DNA from: Vulcanimicrobiota bacterium
GTDB lineage: Bacteria; Vulcanimicrobiota; Xenobia; Xenobiales; JADMJV01
Length of the DNA: 64,000 bases
Assembly: GCA_050250895.1 (NCBI GenBank)
Contig: JBFWNU010000004.1
Location: 238,934 to 302,933, forward strand
Direction: 5' to 3'
The position numbers and the translations under genes were made by a program. Each line of letters starts with the position of its first letter. Within the stretch, counting starts at the first letter, position 1. The notes beneath the pieces are model-generated. The model did no database searches and was not told the origin of the DNA. It worked only from the letters and a program-made list of their open reading frames with translations. Positions 1-9,418 of this stretch are shown one piece after another.

Positions 1-402
1 GGGAGGCGCGTGGGGCGACGGCGTGGCGGGCTCATCGATACCCGTCGGGGCGCTCTGTCGAAGTGCAGTTGGCGTGGCTCGCCAGGGGGCGCTTGGGGGA
101 TGAACACGGAGATCAGGAGGGCACGGAGAGGGTCGCGCGGGGCCTGGGGTGGGCTCTCGGTCGTGGACACCGCCGAGGCGCCGAGACGCAGAGGTTGTAG
201 GGGTTGCTGGGCGGGGGCCTCTTTGATGATCGGTGGCCTGTCGTGAGACGGCTTGAGGGTTTGGGGGGAGGCGCGTGGGGCGACGGCGTGGCGGGCTCAT
301 CGATACCCGTCGGGGCGCTCTGTCGAAGTGCAGTTGGCGTGGCTCGCCAGGGGGCGCTTGGGGGATGAACACGGAGATCAGGAGGGCACGGAAAGGGTCG
401 CG
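1..402. repeat. ~137-bp direct repeat, two copies (1-137 and 266-402), period 265 bp
   Basis: GGGAGGCGCGTGGGGCGACG...GATCAGGAGGGCACGGA(G/A)AGGGTCGCG is repeated almost identically. The first copy may be cut by the window edge. Confidence 0.9.
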
Positions 403-408
403 GGGCCG

Positions 409-892
409 GCCGACTTCCGCACGGAAGAGCATCCTCGGCCGAGTACGGCGCTACCACGTGCCGAATCCGGCACCACCTGGTGCCGTACCGCCGCCGGCCA
501 GCCTGGGTAGCTCGGCGACGGTCGCGGGGCAAGCCGACTTTTGCACGGAAGAGCAACCTCGCCCGAGTACGGCGCTACCACGTGCCGAATCCGGCACCAC
601 CTGGTGCCCTACCGCCGCCGGCAGCCTGGGTGGCTCGACCACGGTCGCGGGCAAGCCGACTTCCGCACGGAAGAGCAACCTCGGCCGAGTACGGCGCTGC
701 CACGTGCCGAATCCGGCACCACCTGGTGCCGTACCGCCGCCGGCCAGCCTGGGTAGCTCGACCATGGTCGCGGGGCAAGCCGGCTTCCGCACGGAACAGG
801 CGAACAGGCGCGGCGCGTGGTCGAAGCAAGAACTGAAGAGCCGGCTTGTTTGCGGCGACCTGCAGCGACTCAAGCTTCCGTGCGGAAGTGGC
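409..892. repeat. Tandem ~123-bp REP/BIME-like repeat (3 copies plus a partial) with an inverted partial copy
   Basis: Units start at 409, 533, 655 and 779 with GCCGACTTCCGCACGGAAG, which contains the palindrome CTTCCG-CA-CGGAAG. The inverted copy CTTCCGTGCGGAAGTGGC lies at ~875-892. Confidence 0.85.
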
Positions 893-1119
893 CTGTCGCC
901 TGGCCGATCTCAAGCGTACCGGCCTCAACTATAGAAATCGCGAGAGAGCCAGACACCAGTTTGCGCCCACCGCGTCAAGACCCTCGGCGCCTGATAGGCG
1001 GCTTCACTGAAGAGCGCCAAACCTTGCAGCCCCCATGCACGGCCAAATCGGTAACAGAACGGTTACATGTTTTCGGCTCGACCAACCTGGCGACAATCCG
1101 TAACGGCTAGACTGGAGTC

Positions 1120-2418
1120 GTGCAGCTTGGCCCTCTCGATCGACCGACCCCTCGCGCGCTGGCCTTTGCGGCCGGGCTAACGCCGCGCCCGCCGGTGGTA
1201 GTCGAGGGAGAGGATCAGGCTTTGCCCAGCGGCCCCCTGGACCAGGTGGCCGTGGTGCACGCCGATGCCCACCTGATCAGCCACCAGAGCACTCCCGCCA
1301 TCGAGCAGGCCGCCCGGCAACTACAGCCCGGCGGCGCTTTGATGGTCACCACCGGCCGTGGCTTGATGGGTGATCTTGATGCCTTTCAAGAGCGGATGGA
1401 CAGTCTGGGCTTTCACACCATGGGCGTGATCTTCCAAGAGAAAGCCTATGTGGTGGCCGAGAAAGATGTGCTGCCCGGGCTGGGCTCGGTCTCGCCCGAG
1501 CAATCGCGCTTACTGCTGGCCCGCACCCAATTCGCCGGCCAACCCGATGCCCACCGACAGATTGAAGCGGCCGGGCTGGCCCCGCGCTTCACCACCAGCT
1601 TCGAGGGCCGGCGCGTGCACCTTTCGCGACCTTTCCGCTGCCGGGGTTACCAGGCGACTCTGGGTTATGTCGAAGGTAAAGACGGCAGTCTGAAAGCCCG
1701 CCTGTTCTACCAGAGCAAATCGCAGGGCCTGTGGCGCTCGGCCTCGGGCCTCCTGGGGCAGGTGCTGGGCAAAGGCCCGGAGGGGCAGTTTGAATCCTCG
1801 ACCACCCTGCCGGCGAGCCTACAGAAGACCCTCAACGGCCTGACCACCGCCGTGCCCCCCGTCGAGGGCGAGCAAGAGGTCGCTTTTCATGCCCCTCTAG
1901 AGAAGCTTGCTCTCAAAGGCGGGGGACAATTCGACCACGAGTTGACGGCCGTCCACTTTGGCCACTTCGCCAGCGATCGTCCCGACTCGTTTGTCTATGC
2001 CCGGCCCGAACTGGCGCCCGATTTCTCGAAGGTGCGCGACCAATTCACCCTGGAGCACCCCAGCCGCGGCCAACTGCACGCTTACGTGGTGGATTCCCAA
2101 GACGAGAGCGCCCGCTATCTCTTCTTGCGCGACTCGGACCAGCGAGCCTGGCTGGGCTCGGTGGAAGCCCGCACCGAGGTCAACTCCTTTATGGTCCCGT
2201 CTCAGGCCTATCGCCTGGGAGCCCTGACGCATCCCGCCATCGAATACGTCCAGCAGGTGCCGCCTGAGTATCGTGGCGAGACGGTGGTCAAAGAACAGGT
2301 CTACAACCACTTCACCAAGGCATACGAAGAGTTGCCGACCTATGTCGACGCCACCTCGTTCGTCTATCAACTCCCCCCGGTGCGCGACTTCCAGTCGTGG
2401 CAAGCAGCCAGACGGTAG
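1120..2418 (+). CDS. Hypothetical protein, 432 aa
   Basis: Long ORF with GC-rich codon usage. TAGACT -10-like hexamer 6 nt before the GTG. No confident family. Confidence 0.75.
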   Translation: MQLGPLDRPTPRALAFAAGLTPRPPVVVEGEDQALPSGPLDQVAVVHADAHLISHQSTPAIEQAARQLQPGGALMVTTGRGLMGDLDAFQERMDSLGFHTMGVIFQEKAYVVAEKDVLPGLGSVSPEQSRLLLARTQFAGQPDAHRQIEAAGLAPRFTTSFEGRRVHLSRPFRCRGYQATLGYVEGKDGSLKARLFYQSKSQGLWRSASGLLGQVLGKGPEGQFESSTTLPASLQKTLNGLTTAVPPVEGEQEVAFHAPLEKLALKGGGQFDHELTAVHFGHFASDRPDSFVYARPELAPDFSKVRDQFTLEHPSRGQLHAYVVDSQDESARYLFLRDSDQRAWLGSVEARTEVNSFMVPSQAYRLGALTHPAIEYVQQVPPEYRGETVVKEQVYNHFTKAYEELPTYVDATSFVYQLPPVRDFQSWQAARR

Positions 2419-2447
2419 TCGCGGCGGAAGCCGTCGCCAAAGCCCAA

Positions 2448-3578
2448 TTAGAGCCCGATGAACTCGGGACTGCCTAGAAGCTGCAAGCCAAAGTCGCGCT
2501 CGATGGCCAGGGGTAGAAGCGGATGCATGCCGAGATAGGGCAGTTGGAACAGAACCCGCTCGAGCATGGTGCCGGGGCGCAGGCAGCGAGTGCCGGTGAC
2601 ACTGCGGATGCCGTCGGCCACCAGGTTACAGACCCGAGTGGTGTGATACTTGATGGCCGAGCTGAAATCGAGCAGGGGCAGCACCAGCGACATGTCGACC
2701 GGTCCCAGGCGTTGACCCAATCGCCGCACCAGGTTGACGGCGCTACGGTGCTCGAGGACAAGGCGGCCCATGCGGGCCACGTTGCTGTCGAGATGAGCCG
2801 AAGGGCCGCCGTGGGGGCCGGGAATGTCGTAGAGAATCTGGCGGGCCTCTTCGAGGGCGCGCGCAGCGGCGCCGAGATAGGCCGCCGAAACCAGGCCCTG
2901 AAACCAGGCCGTTTGATAGTGGAGCAGGTCCCAGGTCTGCTGATGGTCCGCAATGATGGGTGCCCCCAGGCGCAGGCCGTCGAAGGTCAGTCGGCGAGTG
3001 TCGGTGTGGTCCATCGGCCAGGCGAAGACCGCCTCCCCCACTTTGAGGGCCTCCTGGCCCTTGAGCGGAGACAGGAAGTAGGCGGTGGCCCCGTCGGGGG
3101 TCTCAGCCGCAAAAGCCAGCAAGTCGGCCTGGCGGGCCTGGCTCTGGAAGAGCGCGCCACCGTTGGCCACGAAGCCTTTGTCGGCCGCCTCGATCTGCAC
3201 GCCGGCCCGAGAGCCATCGTCGATGTCCGAGCCGAAGGTCGAGACGGTGATCAACAGCTTATGCTTGGCGAAGTCGGCCACGATGCGGTCCCGCTTCTTG
3301 AGCAGTGGATGCCCGTCTTCGAAGGGCGCCAGGGCCAGGCTGCTGATGACATAAAGATGCTGGGCCAGAGCCACGGTCAGCGGGAGGGAGGCGCGGGCCA
3401 GGATATAGACACACTCGAAGGTCTGCTCGAACACCGCCGCGGGCCGCCCCCCGTGGCAGCAAAGATAGGGAATACCGGTGTCGCGAATCCCGTCATAGTA
3501 GACCTGCGGCTGGTCGGCGTAGTTGGTCTCGTCGATGAGCCGGGCGAATTCGTGGGCCGGCTGGCGATAGGGTTTCAC
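2448..3578 (-). CDS. Acyl-CoA dehydrogenase-fold flavoprotein (candidate group D flavin monooxygenase / N-hydroxylase)
   Basis: ACAD-like motifs ALAQHLY, GFVANGGALFQS, MDHTDTRRLTFDG, AAYLGAAARALEEA. The GTG at 3578 overlaps the upstream TGA (GTGA), so the ORF-track start at 3827 is spurious. Confidence 0.8.
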   Translation of the reverse strand: MKPYRQPAHEFARLIDETNYADQPQVYYDGIRDTGIPYLCCHGGRPAAVFEQTFECVYILARASLPLTVALAQHLYVISSLALAPFEDGHPLLKKRDRIVADFAKHKLLITVSTFGSDIDDGSRAGVQIEAADKGFVANGGALFQSQARQADLLAFAAETPDGATAYFLSPLKGQEALKVGEAVFAWPMDHTDTRRLTFDGLRLGAPIIADHQQTWDLLHYQTAWFQGLVSAAYLGAAARALEEARQILYDIPGPHGGPSAHLDSNVARMGRLVLEHRSAVNLVRRLGQRLGPVDMSLVLPLLDFSSAIKYHTTRVCNLVADGIRSVTGTRCLRPGTMLERVLFQLPYLGMHPLLPLAIERDFGLQLLGSPEFIGL

Positions 3579-5581
3579 ACCAACACCGTCGGCCTGGGGA
3601 TGACCTCGCCCAATCCCACCAGGGGTTCTCCGGCCGGCAAGAACTGCAACTGGCTGTCCCACTCTCGCACCCGTCCGCGAAAGCCCAGGGCCTTCCAGAG
3701 GCGAGCCGAGGCATTGGGCATGATCGGCGCCATCATGATGGCCAGCGAGCGGGCCGCGGCCAATTCGAGGGCCAGCGCTCCGTTGCGCTCTTCCCCGGCG
3801 CCCTCGACCCCGTCGAGAAAGTCCCAAGAACTGCCGAAATCGGCCATCTCATGGACCCACTCGTTGAGCAGACGGGCCACCTTGCAGGGCGAGAAGGCCT
3901 CGCTCTCGTAGGCCGCCTCCACCTCATGGATGCGGCTCTGGAGATGCCGGTAGAGGTCGCTTTGTTCAGCATTGAGGCCGGTGGCTTGAGGTACCTGCCC
4001 CCCGGTGCGGGCCTCGAGGCGAGCCAGCCAGGCCTGCCAACCGTCAAAAAGCTCGCGCTGTTTGACGGCCGCGTAGTCTTCATGGCTAAACGAAGTCTTG
4101 CTCTGTTCGGGGCGGGTGTAGCACAGGTAGAAGCGCACCAGGTCGACCGGCTCGTGGGCCAGGAAATCGTCAACCCAGACCGCGTGTTGGCGACTGGTCG
4201 AGAACTTCGAACCGCCGAACTGGTAATGCTCGTTGGTGCAAAAGGCGTGGGGCAGCACGATCCGGTCCGAGACCGCCCGCATGACGGCCGGAAAGAGGAC
4301 CGTGTAGTAAAAAGCATTGTCGCAGCCGAAGAACTGCACAACTTCGGCCTCGGGATCATCCCAGAAATTCTTGGGCAACTGGTTGGTCTTGGCGATGACA
4401 TCAGCGGTGAACAGATAGCCCAGCACCATCTCGAGCCAGACCGAGATGATCTGGCCCGGAAACTGCTCGTCGGGCACCGGGATGCCCCAATCCGAGACGT
4501 GGGTGACCGGCGCGTCGGGCAAGCCTTTCGCCATCAGCTTCGAGACCACCGCGCGCAGCCGCAAGGGCAGCTTCATGGCGGCGTAATACTCCTCGAGTAT
4601 CGGGCGAGATTGTTCGAGAGGAAAATAGCAGCGCTTGACGGTGCGGGTCACGGGGGTCTGGTTGCACACCGAGCAGACCGGTTTGCCCAGGTCGGTGCAG
4701 TCGTTGGGCAGCCCGCACTCTTCGCAGCCGTTGCCCATGCAGTGGGTGCCGCAGTGGGGGCACGCTCCCATCACCCAGACTTCGTAGAGATGGCGCTGGC
4801 ATTGCTCGCAGTAAAGAGTGGGTGCCTCTTTGACCAACAATTTGCCGGTGCCCAGCAGCTTCTTGAAAACGGCCTGGACGAACTGGGTGTACTTCGGTGA
4901 CTTGCGCGGATAAAGAAACATCTCGAGGTCGACGCCCGCCTTCTTTAGCGTCGCCTCGACCGCCTGACCGAAATGGTCGGCCGTTTGCTCGGGAGTCTGG
5001 CCCAGCGTATTGGCCTTATCACAGGTATAGCTCTGGTGGTCGTCGGCCCCGCACAGATGGAAGGTGGGAACCCCCCGCAGGGCCGAGTAGCGGCGATAAA
5101 TGTCGGCGCCGAGATAGGGCCCCGAGAGGTGGCCCAGGTGCAACTTCCCGTTCGGGGTGGGAGGGGCGGAGATGACCAGACGACGCTTCGCCGAAGGGGG
5201 TTTGGAGCCCGACGCCCCGCCGTTGGCAGCGGCTCGCGCGGCCTTGAGCGTATCGTCGTCCCAATAGACCGAGAGAAAGACGAGCCGATTGTCGGGAGAG
5301 AGATTATGGATGGTGTGGGTGCTGGTAGCGGGCAAATAGACGACGTCGCCCACCCCGACTTTCGAGCGCTGGCCATCGATATCCATCTCGCCCTCGCCTT
5401 CGACGATGAAGAAGGTCTCGGGCAACTCGTGACTGTGGGGTTCGGTGTTGCCACCAGGCGACACTACCGCCCAGGTGGCCCCAAACGGCGTCTCGTCGAT
5501 CTCGGGCCAGGGATACATGTCCCGACACTTGACATTGTACTCGGAATGAAACTTTTCCAGGTCGAACTTGCGGACGAACAC
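3575..5581 (-). CDS. Cupin / methionyl-tRNA synthetase-like didomain protein (hydrazine synthetase family)
   Basis: N-terminal cupin (HSHELPETFFIVEG...HTIHN), a linker, then a class I aaRS-like domain: PTPNGKLHLGHLSGPYLGAD (HIGH), CxxC zinc knuckles, KFSTS (KMSKS equivalent). Confidence 0.88.
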   Translation of the reverse strand: MFVRKFDLEKFHSEYNVKCRDMYPWPEIDETPFGATWAVVSPGGNTEPHSHELPETFFIVEGEGEMDIDGQRSKVGVGDVVYLPATSTHTIHNLSPDNRLVFLSVYWDDDTLKAARAAANGGASGSKPPSAKRRLVISAPPTPNGKLHLGHLSGPYLGADIYRRYSALRGVPTFHLCGADDHQSYTCDKANTLGQTPEQTADHFGQAVEATLKKAGVDLEMFLYPRKSPKYTQFVQAVFKKLLGTGKLLVKEAPTLYCEQCQRHLYEVWVMGACPHCGTHCMGNGCEECGLPNDCTDLGKPVCSVCNQTPVTRTVKRCYFPLEQSRPILEEYYAAMKLPLRLRAVVSKLMAKGLPDAPVTHVSDWGIPVPDEQFPGQIISVWLEMVLGYLFTADVIAKTNQLPKNFWDDPEAEVVQFFGCDNAFYYTVLFPAVMRAVSDRIVLPHAFCTNEHYQFGGSKFSTSRQHAVWVDDFLAHEPVDLVRFYLCYTRPEQSKTSFSHEDYAAVKQRELFDGWQAWLARLEARTGGQVPQATGLNAEQSDLYRHLQSRIHEVEAAYESEAFSPCKVARLLNEWVHEMADFGSSWDFLDGVEGAGEERNGALALELAAARSLAIMMAPIMPNASARLWKALGFRGRVREWDSQLQFLPAGEPLVGLGEVIPRPTVLV

Positions 5582-5640
5582 TTGTGCCTCCTCGGGCTGT
5601 TGTTCTTCTTTCTAGCGCGAAAGGGAACCTGCCCTGAAGC

Positions 5641-6168
5641 TTACTCGGCCCGGGGGTCGGCAAGCTCCCGCCACAAAGGGTCTTCTAGCTTCTCGAGAGC
5701 CGAGCGGACGAATTCCTCGAGGTCGAGATCCTGGTCCAGGCTGTAAAGGGCTGCCTGGAGAGCCATGTCCAGTTTGTCCAGGGCCCGCACCAGGCGGGCT
5801 TCGCGGCTGGTGCCTTCGGCATACTCGTGCCAGGCCAATCGCAGTCGGCCGGCCTGGGGCAACCCCTCGGTCATGCGACGAAAGGCGCGTCGTTCCAGGA
5901 CCAGCTTCTCCTCGGGGTCAACCGCGTCGTGGGGGGTAAGATCGCCCACCCTCACTTCGGCGAGGTCGTGGACCACGGCCAGGCTGAGCGCCTTTTCGAG
6001 GTCGAGTTCGGGAGGGCAGAAATTGAGAACCAGCCAGGCCACGCCCCAACTATGAGAAGCCACCGCCTCGGGGCCCTGCACCCCCGCGCGCACCCAGCCA
6101 GCCCGAGGCAGCGCCTTGAGTCTAAGGGCCTCGAGCAAACGCTCTCGAACTCGCTGGTCATAGTTCAC
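5641..6168 (-). CDS. HD-domain phosphohydrolase (YfbR/HDDC2-like 5'-deoxynucleotidase)
   Basis: LKALPRAGW...EAVASHSW...VVHDLAE...GD...DKLDM. Start inferred at GTG 6168. Confidence 0.85.
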   Translation of the reverse strand: MNYDQRVRERLLEALRLKALPRAGWVRAGVQGPEAVASHSWGVAWLVLNFCPPELDLEKALSLAVVHDLAEVRVGDLTPHDAVDPEEKLVLERRAFRRMTEGLPQAGRLRLAWHEYAEGTSREARLVRALDKLDMALQAALYSLDQDLDLEEFVRSALEKLEDPLWRELADPRAE

Positions 6169-6229
6169 CAAGGCGAATTCCGCGCCCACCTCCCGAGGCC
6201 TTCCGAGGGGTGGCCGAGAAGGAGAGCCA

Positions 6230-7066
6230 ATGAAGCAAGCCATCAATGTTCCCCCCTTTGGTCCGGCCGCCAACCCGCGACTTCTGATGCAAATGGCTCG
6301 CGAGGCAGAAGCGGCCGGCTGGGACGGCTTCTTCGTCTGGGACCACATGAACTGGATGGACTGGGGCCCGGAGATAGCCGACCCCTGGGTTGTTCTGGGG
6401 GCGGTGGCTACCGTCACCGCGACCATACGTCTGGGCACGATGGTCACGCCGATGCCCCGTCGGGATCCAACCAAACTGGCCCGCGAGACGGTCACGCTCG
6501 ACCACCTCAGTGGCGGTCGCCTCACGCTCGGATTGGGCCTGGGAGCGCCGGATCCCGAAGAAAGCGCCGACCTTGGGCTACCGCTATCCTACAAGTTACG
6601 AGCTCGACGGGCCGAAGAGGGATACGAACTGTTGCGCAAACTGTGGTCGGGTCGACCGGTCACCCATCAAGGCGAGCACTACCGCCTCGACAGCCGGGGA
6701 TTTCTGCCTCGACCGCTGCAGGAGCCTACCATTCCGGTCTGGTGGGCGGCCATGCTGCCAGGGGGCCCGGGTCCCCTGGCCCGGGCGGCCCGGGCGGACG
6801 GGGTCGTGCCTTTGTGCCAGGCCAATCGTCCCCTCGAGATCGCAGAACTGCTCGAGGTGGCCCAAAAGGTGCGGGCCTTGCGGAAAGATGAAGACTTCGA
6901 CCTGGTGTATGGCTGCCGCACTGGTCAAGATCCCGAGGCCGACCGCCAGACCCTGAGGGCCCACGCGGCAGCCGGCGTCACCTGGTGGCTCGAGCCGCTC
7001 GACCCCTGGGCGGCCGACTTCGCCACCCACCACGCGCGCCTGCGCCAGGGGCCCACCCCACTATGA
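6230..7066 (+). CDS. LLM-class (luciferase-like) flavin-dependent oxidoreductase
   Basis: AEAAGWDGFFVWDH, DPWVVLGAVA, TLDHLSGGRLTLGLGLG; RBS GGAG upstream. Confidence 0.9.
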   Translation: MKQAINVPPFGPAANPRLLMQMAREAEAAGWDGFFVWDHMNWMDWGPEIADPWVVLGAVATVTATIRLGTMVTPMPRRDPTKLARETVTLDHLSGGRLTLGLGLGAPDPEESADLGLPLSYKLRARRAEEGYELLRKLWSGRPVTHQGEHYRLDSRGFLPRPLQEPTIPVWWAAMLPGGPGPLARAARADGVVPLCQANRPLEIAELLEVAQKVRALRKDEDFDLVYGCRTGQDPEADRQTLRAHAAAGVTWWLEPLDPWAADFATHHARLRQGPTPL

Positions 7067-7245
7067 GAGATTTGGCTTCCGTCCCGCTTCTTTATACGGA
7101 TATTCCGACACTTTCGGGGGCGGCCACACCTTTCAGATTCTGGAGTTGCGGCCGGGTGGTCGGCCCTCCAAACCCGGTCTAGTGCGCTGCGCGCCCGAGT
7201 TCCACGAGCTGGAATGAGAAGGACCGCAACCCGATCCTTCGAACC

Positions 7246-9414
7246 TTGCAGACAAGCATGCTTAGCTCTTTCCAACGGTCTGAAGTGGAGAGAATCCTCG
7301 ACCGGGTCGGTTACCCCCTGGCCGAACTGCGCTGGACCGGCATGCAAGAGTTCCCCTACTATCAGCGAGAGCTTGCCCCCAGCCGCTTGCCGACCGACAC
7401 TCAGGTGTGCTGGGACCCGGGCAGCGGCTACTATTTCGCCTTCCACACCACCGGGGTCGAGTGGCGAGGTGTCTTCTCGCCCTCGAAAGCTTTTGTGCGC
7501 GCCAGCTATGTGGTGGACAGCTGGCATTCTATCCCGGGCTTTCTCTACATCTGGGCCGAAGAGCTGGCCGAAGAACTCAAGACAGGGCCCACCTGGAAGG
7601 GAGCCGAGGATGCCAGTGGCGGGCGCAACCTGCTCAAGCGCAGCCAGCTCAACCTGGTGGGTCAGGCCCTGCAAGAGGCCGGGGTCGACCTCACCAAGCT
7701 CAAGTGCGTGACCACCGGGCCGGCCGTGATCTTCACCCACACCGACGAAAGCATGAAATTCAGCCTCACGAGCCCGACCTGGACCACCTTTTCGGGTCAA
7801 TATGCCCCTGGGGACCAGAGCTTTTCGGACCTCAACTGGGTCAAGGTGATCTATCAGTTTCAGCAATGGGGCAAGGCGGTTCGTGAGGAACTCGAACTGC
7901 GCGCCCTCTCGGCCGAGGAACGGGCCGAGCGCGAGCGTCAGAAGCGCCAGGAGGCCGAGCGCCTCGAGCGTGAAGAGCGAGAGCGCCGCGAACGCGAAGA
8001 AGCCGAGCGTCTCGAAAGGGAACGTCTCGAGCGCGAACAGCGCGAACGCGAAGAGGCCGAGCGACTCGAGCAAGAACGGCTCGAGCGCGAAGAATCCGAA
8101 AAATGGGAACGACTCGAAGCCCGCGTGCGCGAGTTGGAAGAGGCGCTCGCCGAAGCCCAGCAAGAGCGCGAGCGGCTCGAACAAGAACTGGCCGAGGTCC
8201 GGCAACGGTTGGCCGAGGAGGTGGCGCGCCGCCAGAACCTCGAGACCGAGTTCGACGAAGCCCGAGAGCAGTTGACCAACGAGCAAGAACGGGCCGACAA
8301 CGCCGAGGCCGAACTCGAGGCCCGGATTCAAGAGCTGGAACTCGAGCGCACTCGCCGCGAAAATTTCGAGGCCGAAGTGCCCCAACTGCGCCAGGATCTC
8401 AACGCGGCTCTGGAGGCTCGCCAACACCTGGAACAGCAACTCGAAGGGCATCGCCAGCGCGAGCAACTCGAGGCGTCGGCCCGCCAGCGCGAAGACCAGG
8501 ACGCTAAGAGCCGAACGGATTCGTTCCTCAACGACCTGTGGCGGCTGCGCGGCTTTCGCCTGGAAGGCATCCGCGGCTTGAGGGTAGTCGAGCACCGGCT
8601 GGCCGAGCAGCCCCGCTCGCTGGCGCTGCTGGCAGGCGATAACGGCACCGGCAAAACCTCGGCCCTGGTGGCCCTGGCGGTAGGTCTCTCTCAGGTCGGC
8701 GAAGCCCACACCATCTTACGCACGCCGGCCGCGGCCGGGCTCATACCAGAGGGGCAAGACGAGGCCGGTATCGTGCTCGAGTTCGAAGGGCCGGAAGGCC
8801 GAGTCGAATATTGTCGCACCAGCCTGGGTCTCAACAGCCGGGGCGAGCAGATCGTGCTCGAGAAGGATCCCGGCCCCGACCTGCTGGTGGTCGGCTTCGG
8901 CTCGGCCCGGGCCGCTGGCAGTCTAGCCCTTCCCAACGCCTACTCGGTATTGGCCGGATGCCGCACCTTGCTCGGCTTTGACCCGCGCCTGGCGGATACC
9001 GAGCAAGTGCTGCGTCGCCTGCGCCTGAAAATGGGCGCAGCCGACTTCGCCCCGATCCTGACCCAACTGGCGTCGTTGCTGCCGGTCGAGGGCCTCAAGC
9101 TCGAACTCGACGAGCACGGCCTCTGGGTCGAGCAAGGCACAAGACTGCCGGTCAGTCGCTGGTCGAACGGTCTGCGCGGAGTGCTGGCCTGGGTGGCCGA
9201 ACTGATCGGCTGGGCCATCCTGAGCGGACGCCTCGAGGACGATCTCAACGCGGTGTTGCTGCTTGACGAAGCCGACCTGCACCTGCAGGCCCCGCTTCAG
9301 GCTCGCCTACTGGGCGGTCTCTGCCAGGGCCTGCCCGGGTTGCAGGTAGTGGCCACCAGCCTCTCGGCCAATGTGTCTCGCTCGGTCATGCCCGAGGAAC
9401 TGGTGCAGCTCTAG
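7246..9414 (+). CDS. Unknown N-terminal domains + E/R-rich coiled coil + C-terminal ABC/AAA_21-type ATPase
   Basis: Walker A GDNGTGKT, signature-like WSNG, Walker B LLLDEADLHL, and a long ER/K helix. Start uncertain (TTG). Confidence 0.8.
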   Translation: MQTSMLSSFQRSEVERILDRVGYPLAELRWTGMQEFPYYQRELAPSRLPTDTQVCWDPGSGYYFAFHTTGVEWRGVFSPSKAFVRASYVVDSWHSIPGFLYIWAEELAEELKTGPTWKGAEDASGGRNLLKRSQLNLVGQALQEAGVDLTKLKCVTTGPAVIFTHTDESMKFSLTSPTWTTFSGQYAPGDQSFSDLNWVKVIYQFQQWGKAVREELELRALSAEERAERERQKRQEAERLEREERERREREEAERLERERLEREQREREEAERLEQERLEREESEKWERLEARVRELEEALAEAQQERERLEQELAEVRQRLAEEVARRQNLETEFDEAREQLTNEQERADNAEAELEARIQELELERTRRENFEAEVPQLRQDLNAALEARQHLEQQLEGHRQREQLEASARQREDQDAKSRTDSFLNDLWRLRGFRLEGIRGLRVVEHRLAEQPRSLALLAGDNGTGKTSALVALAVGLSQVGEAHTILRTPAAAGLIPEGQDEAGIVLEFEGPEGRVEYCRTSLGLNSRGEQIVLEKDPGPDLLVVGFGSARAAGSLALPNAYSVLAGCRTLLGFDPRLADTEQVLRRLRLKMGAADFAPILTQLASLLPVEGLKLELDEHGLWVEQGTRLPVSRWSNGLRGVLAWVAELIGWAILSGRLEDDLNAVLLLDEADLHLQAPLQARLLGGLCQGLPGLQVVATSLSANVSRSVMPEELVQL

Positions 9415-9418
9415 GACG

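Noticed and set aside
409-796. CRISPR array
   Set aside because: Whole units repeat with no unique spacers, and there are no cas genes. The same applies to 18163-18420 and 41747-41920.
10-1110. ORFs overlapping the repeats
   Set aside because: Repeat units differ by frameshifting indels and the translations are low-complexity shadow ORFs.
3575-5581. Housekeeping metG
   Set aside because: The N-terminal cupin and the HLGHLSGPY/KFSTS variant fit the biosynthetic paralogue family better.
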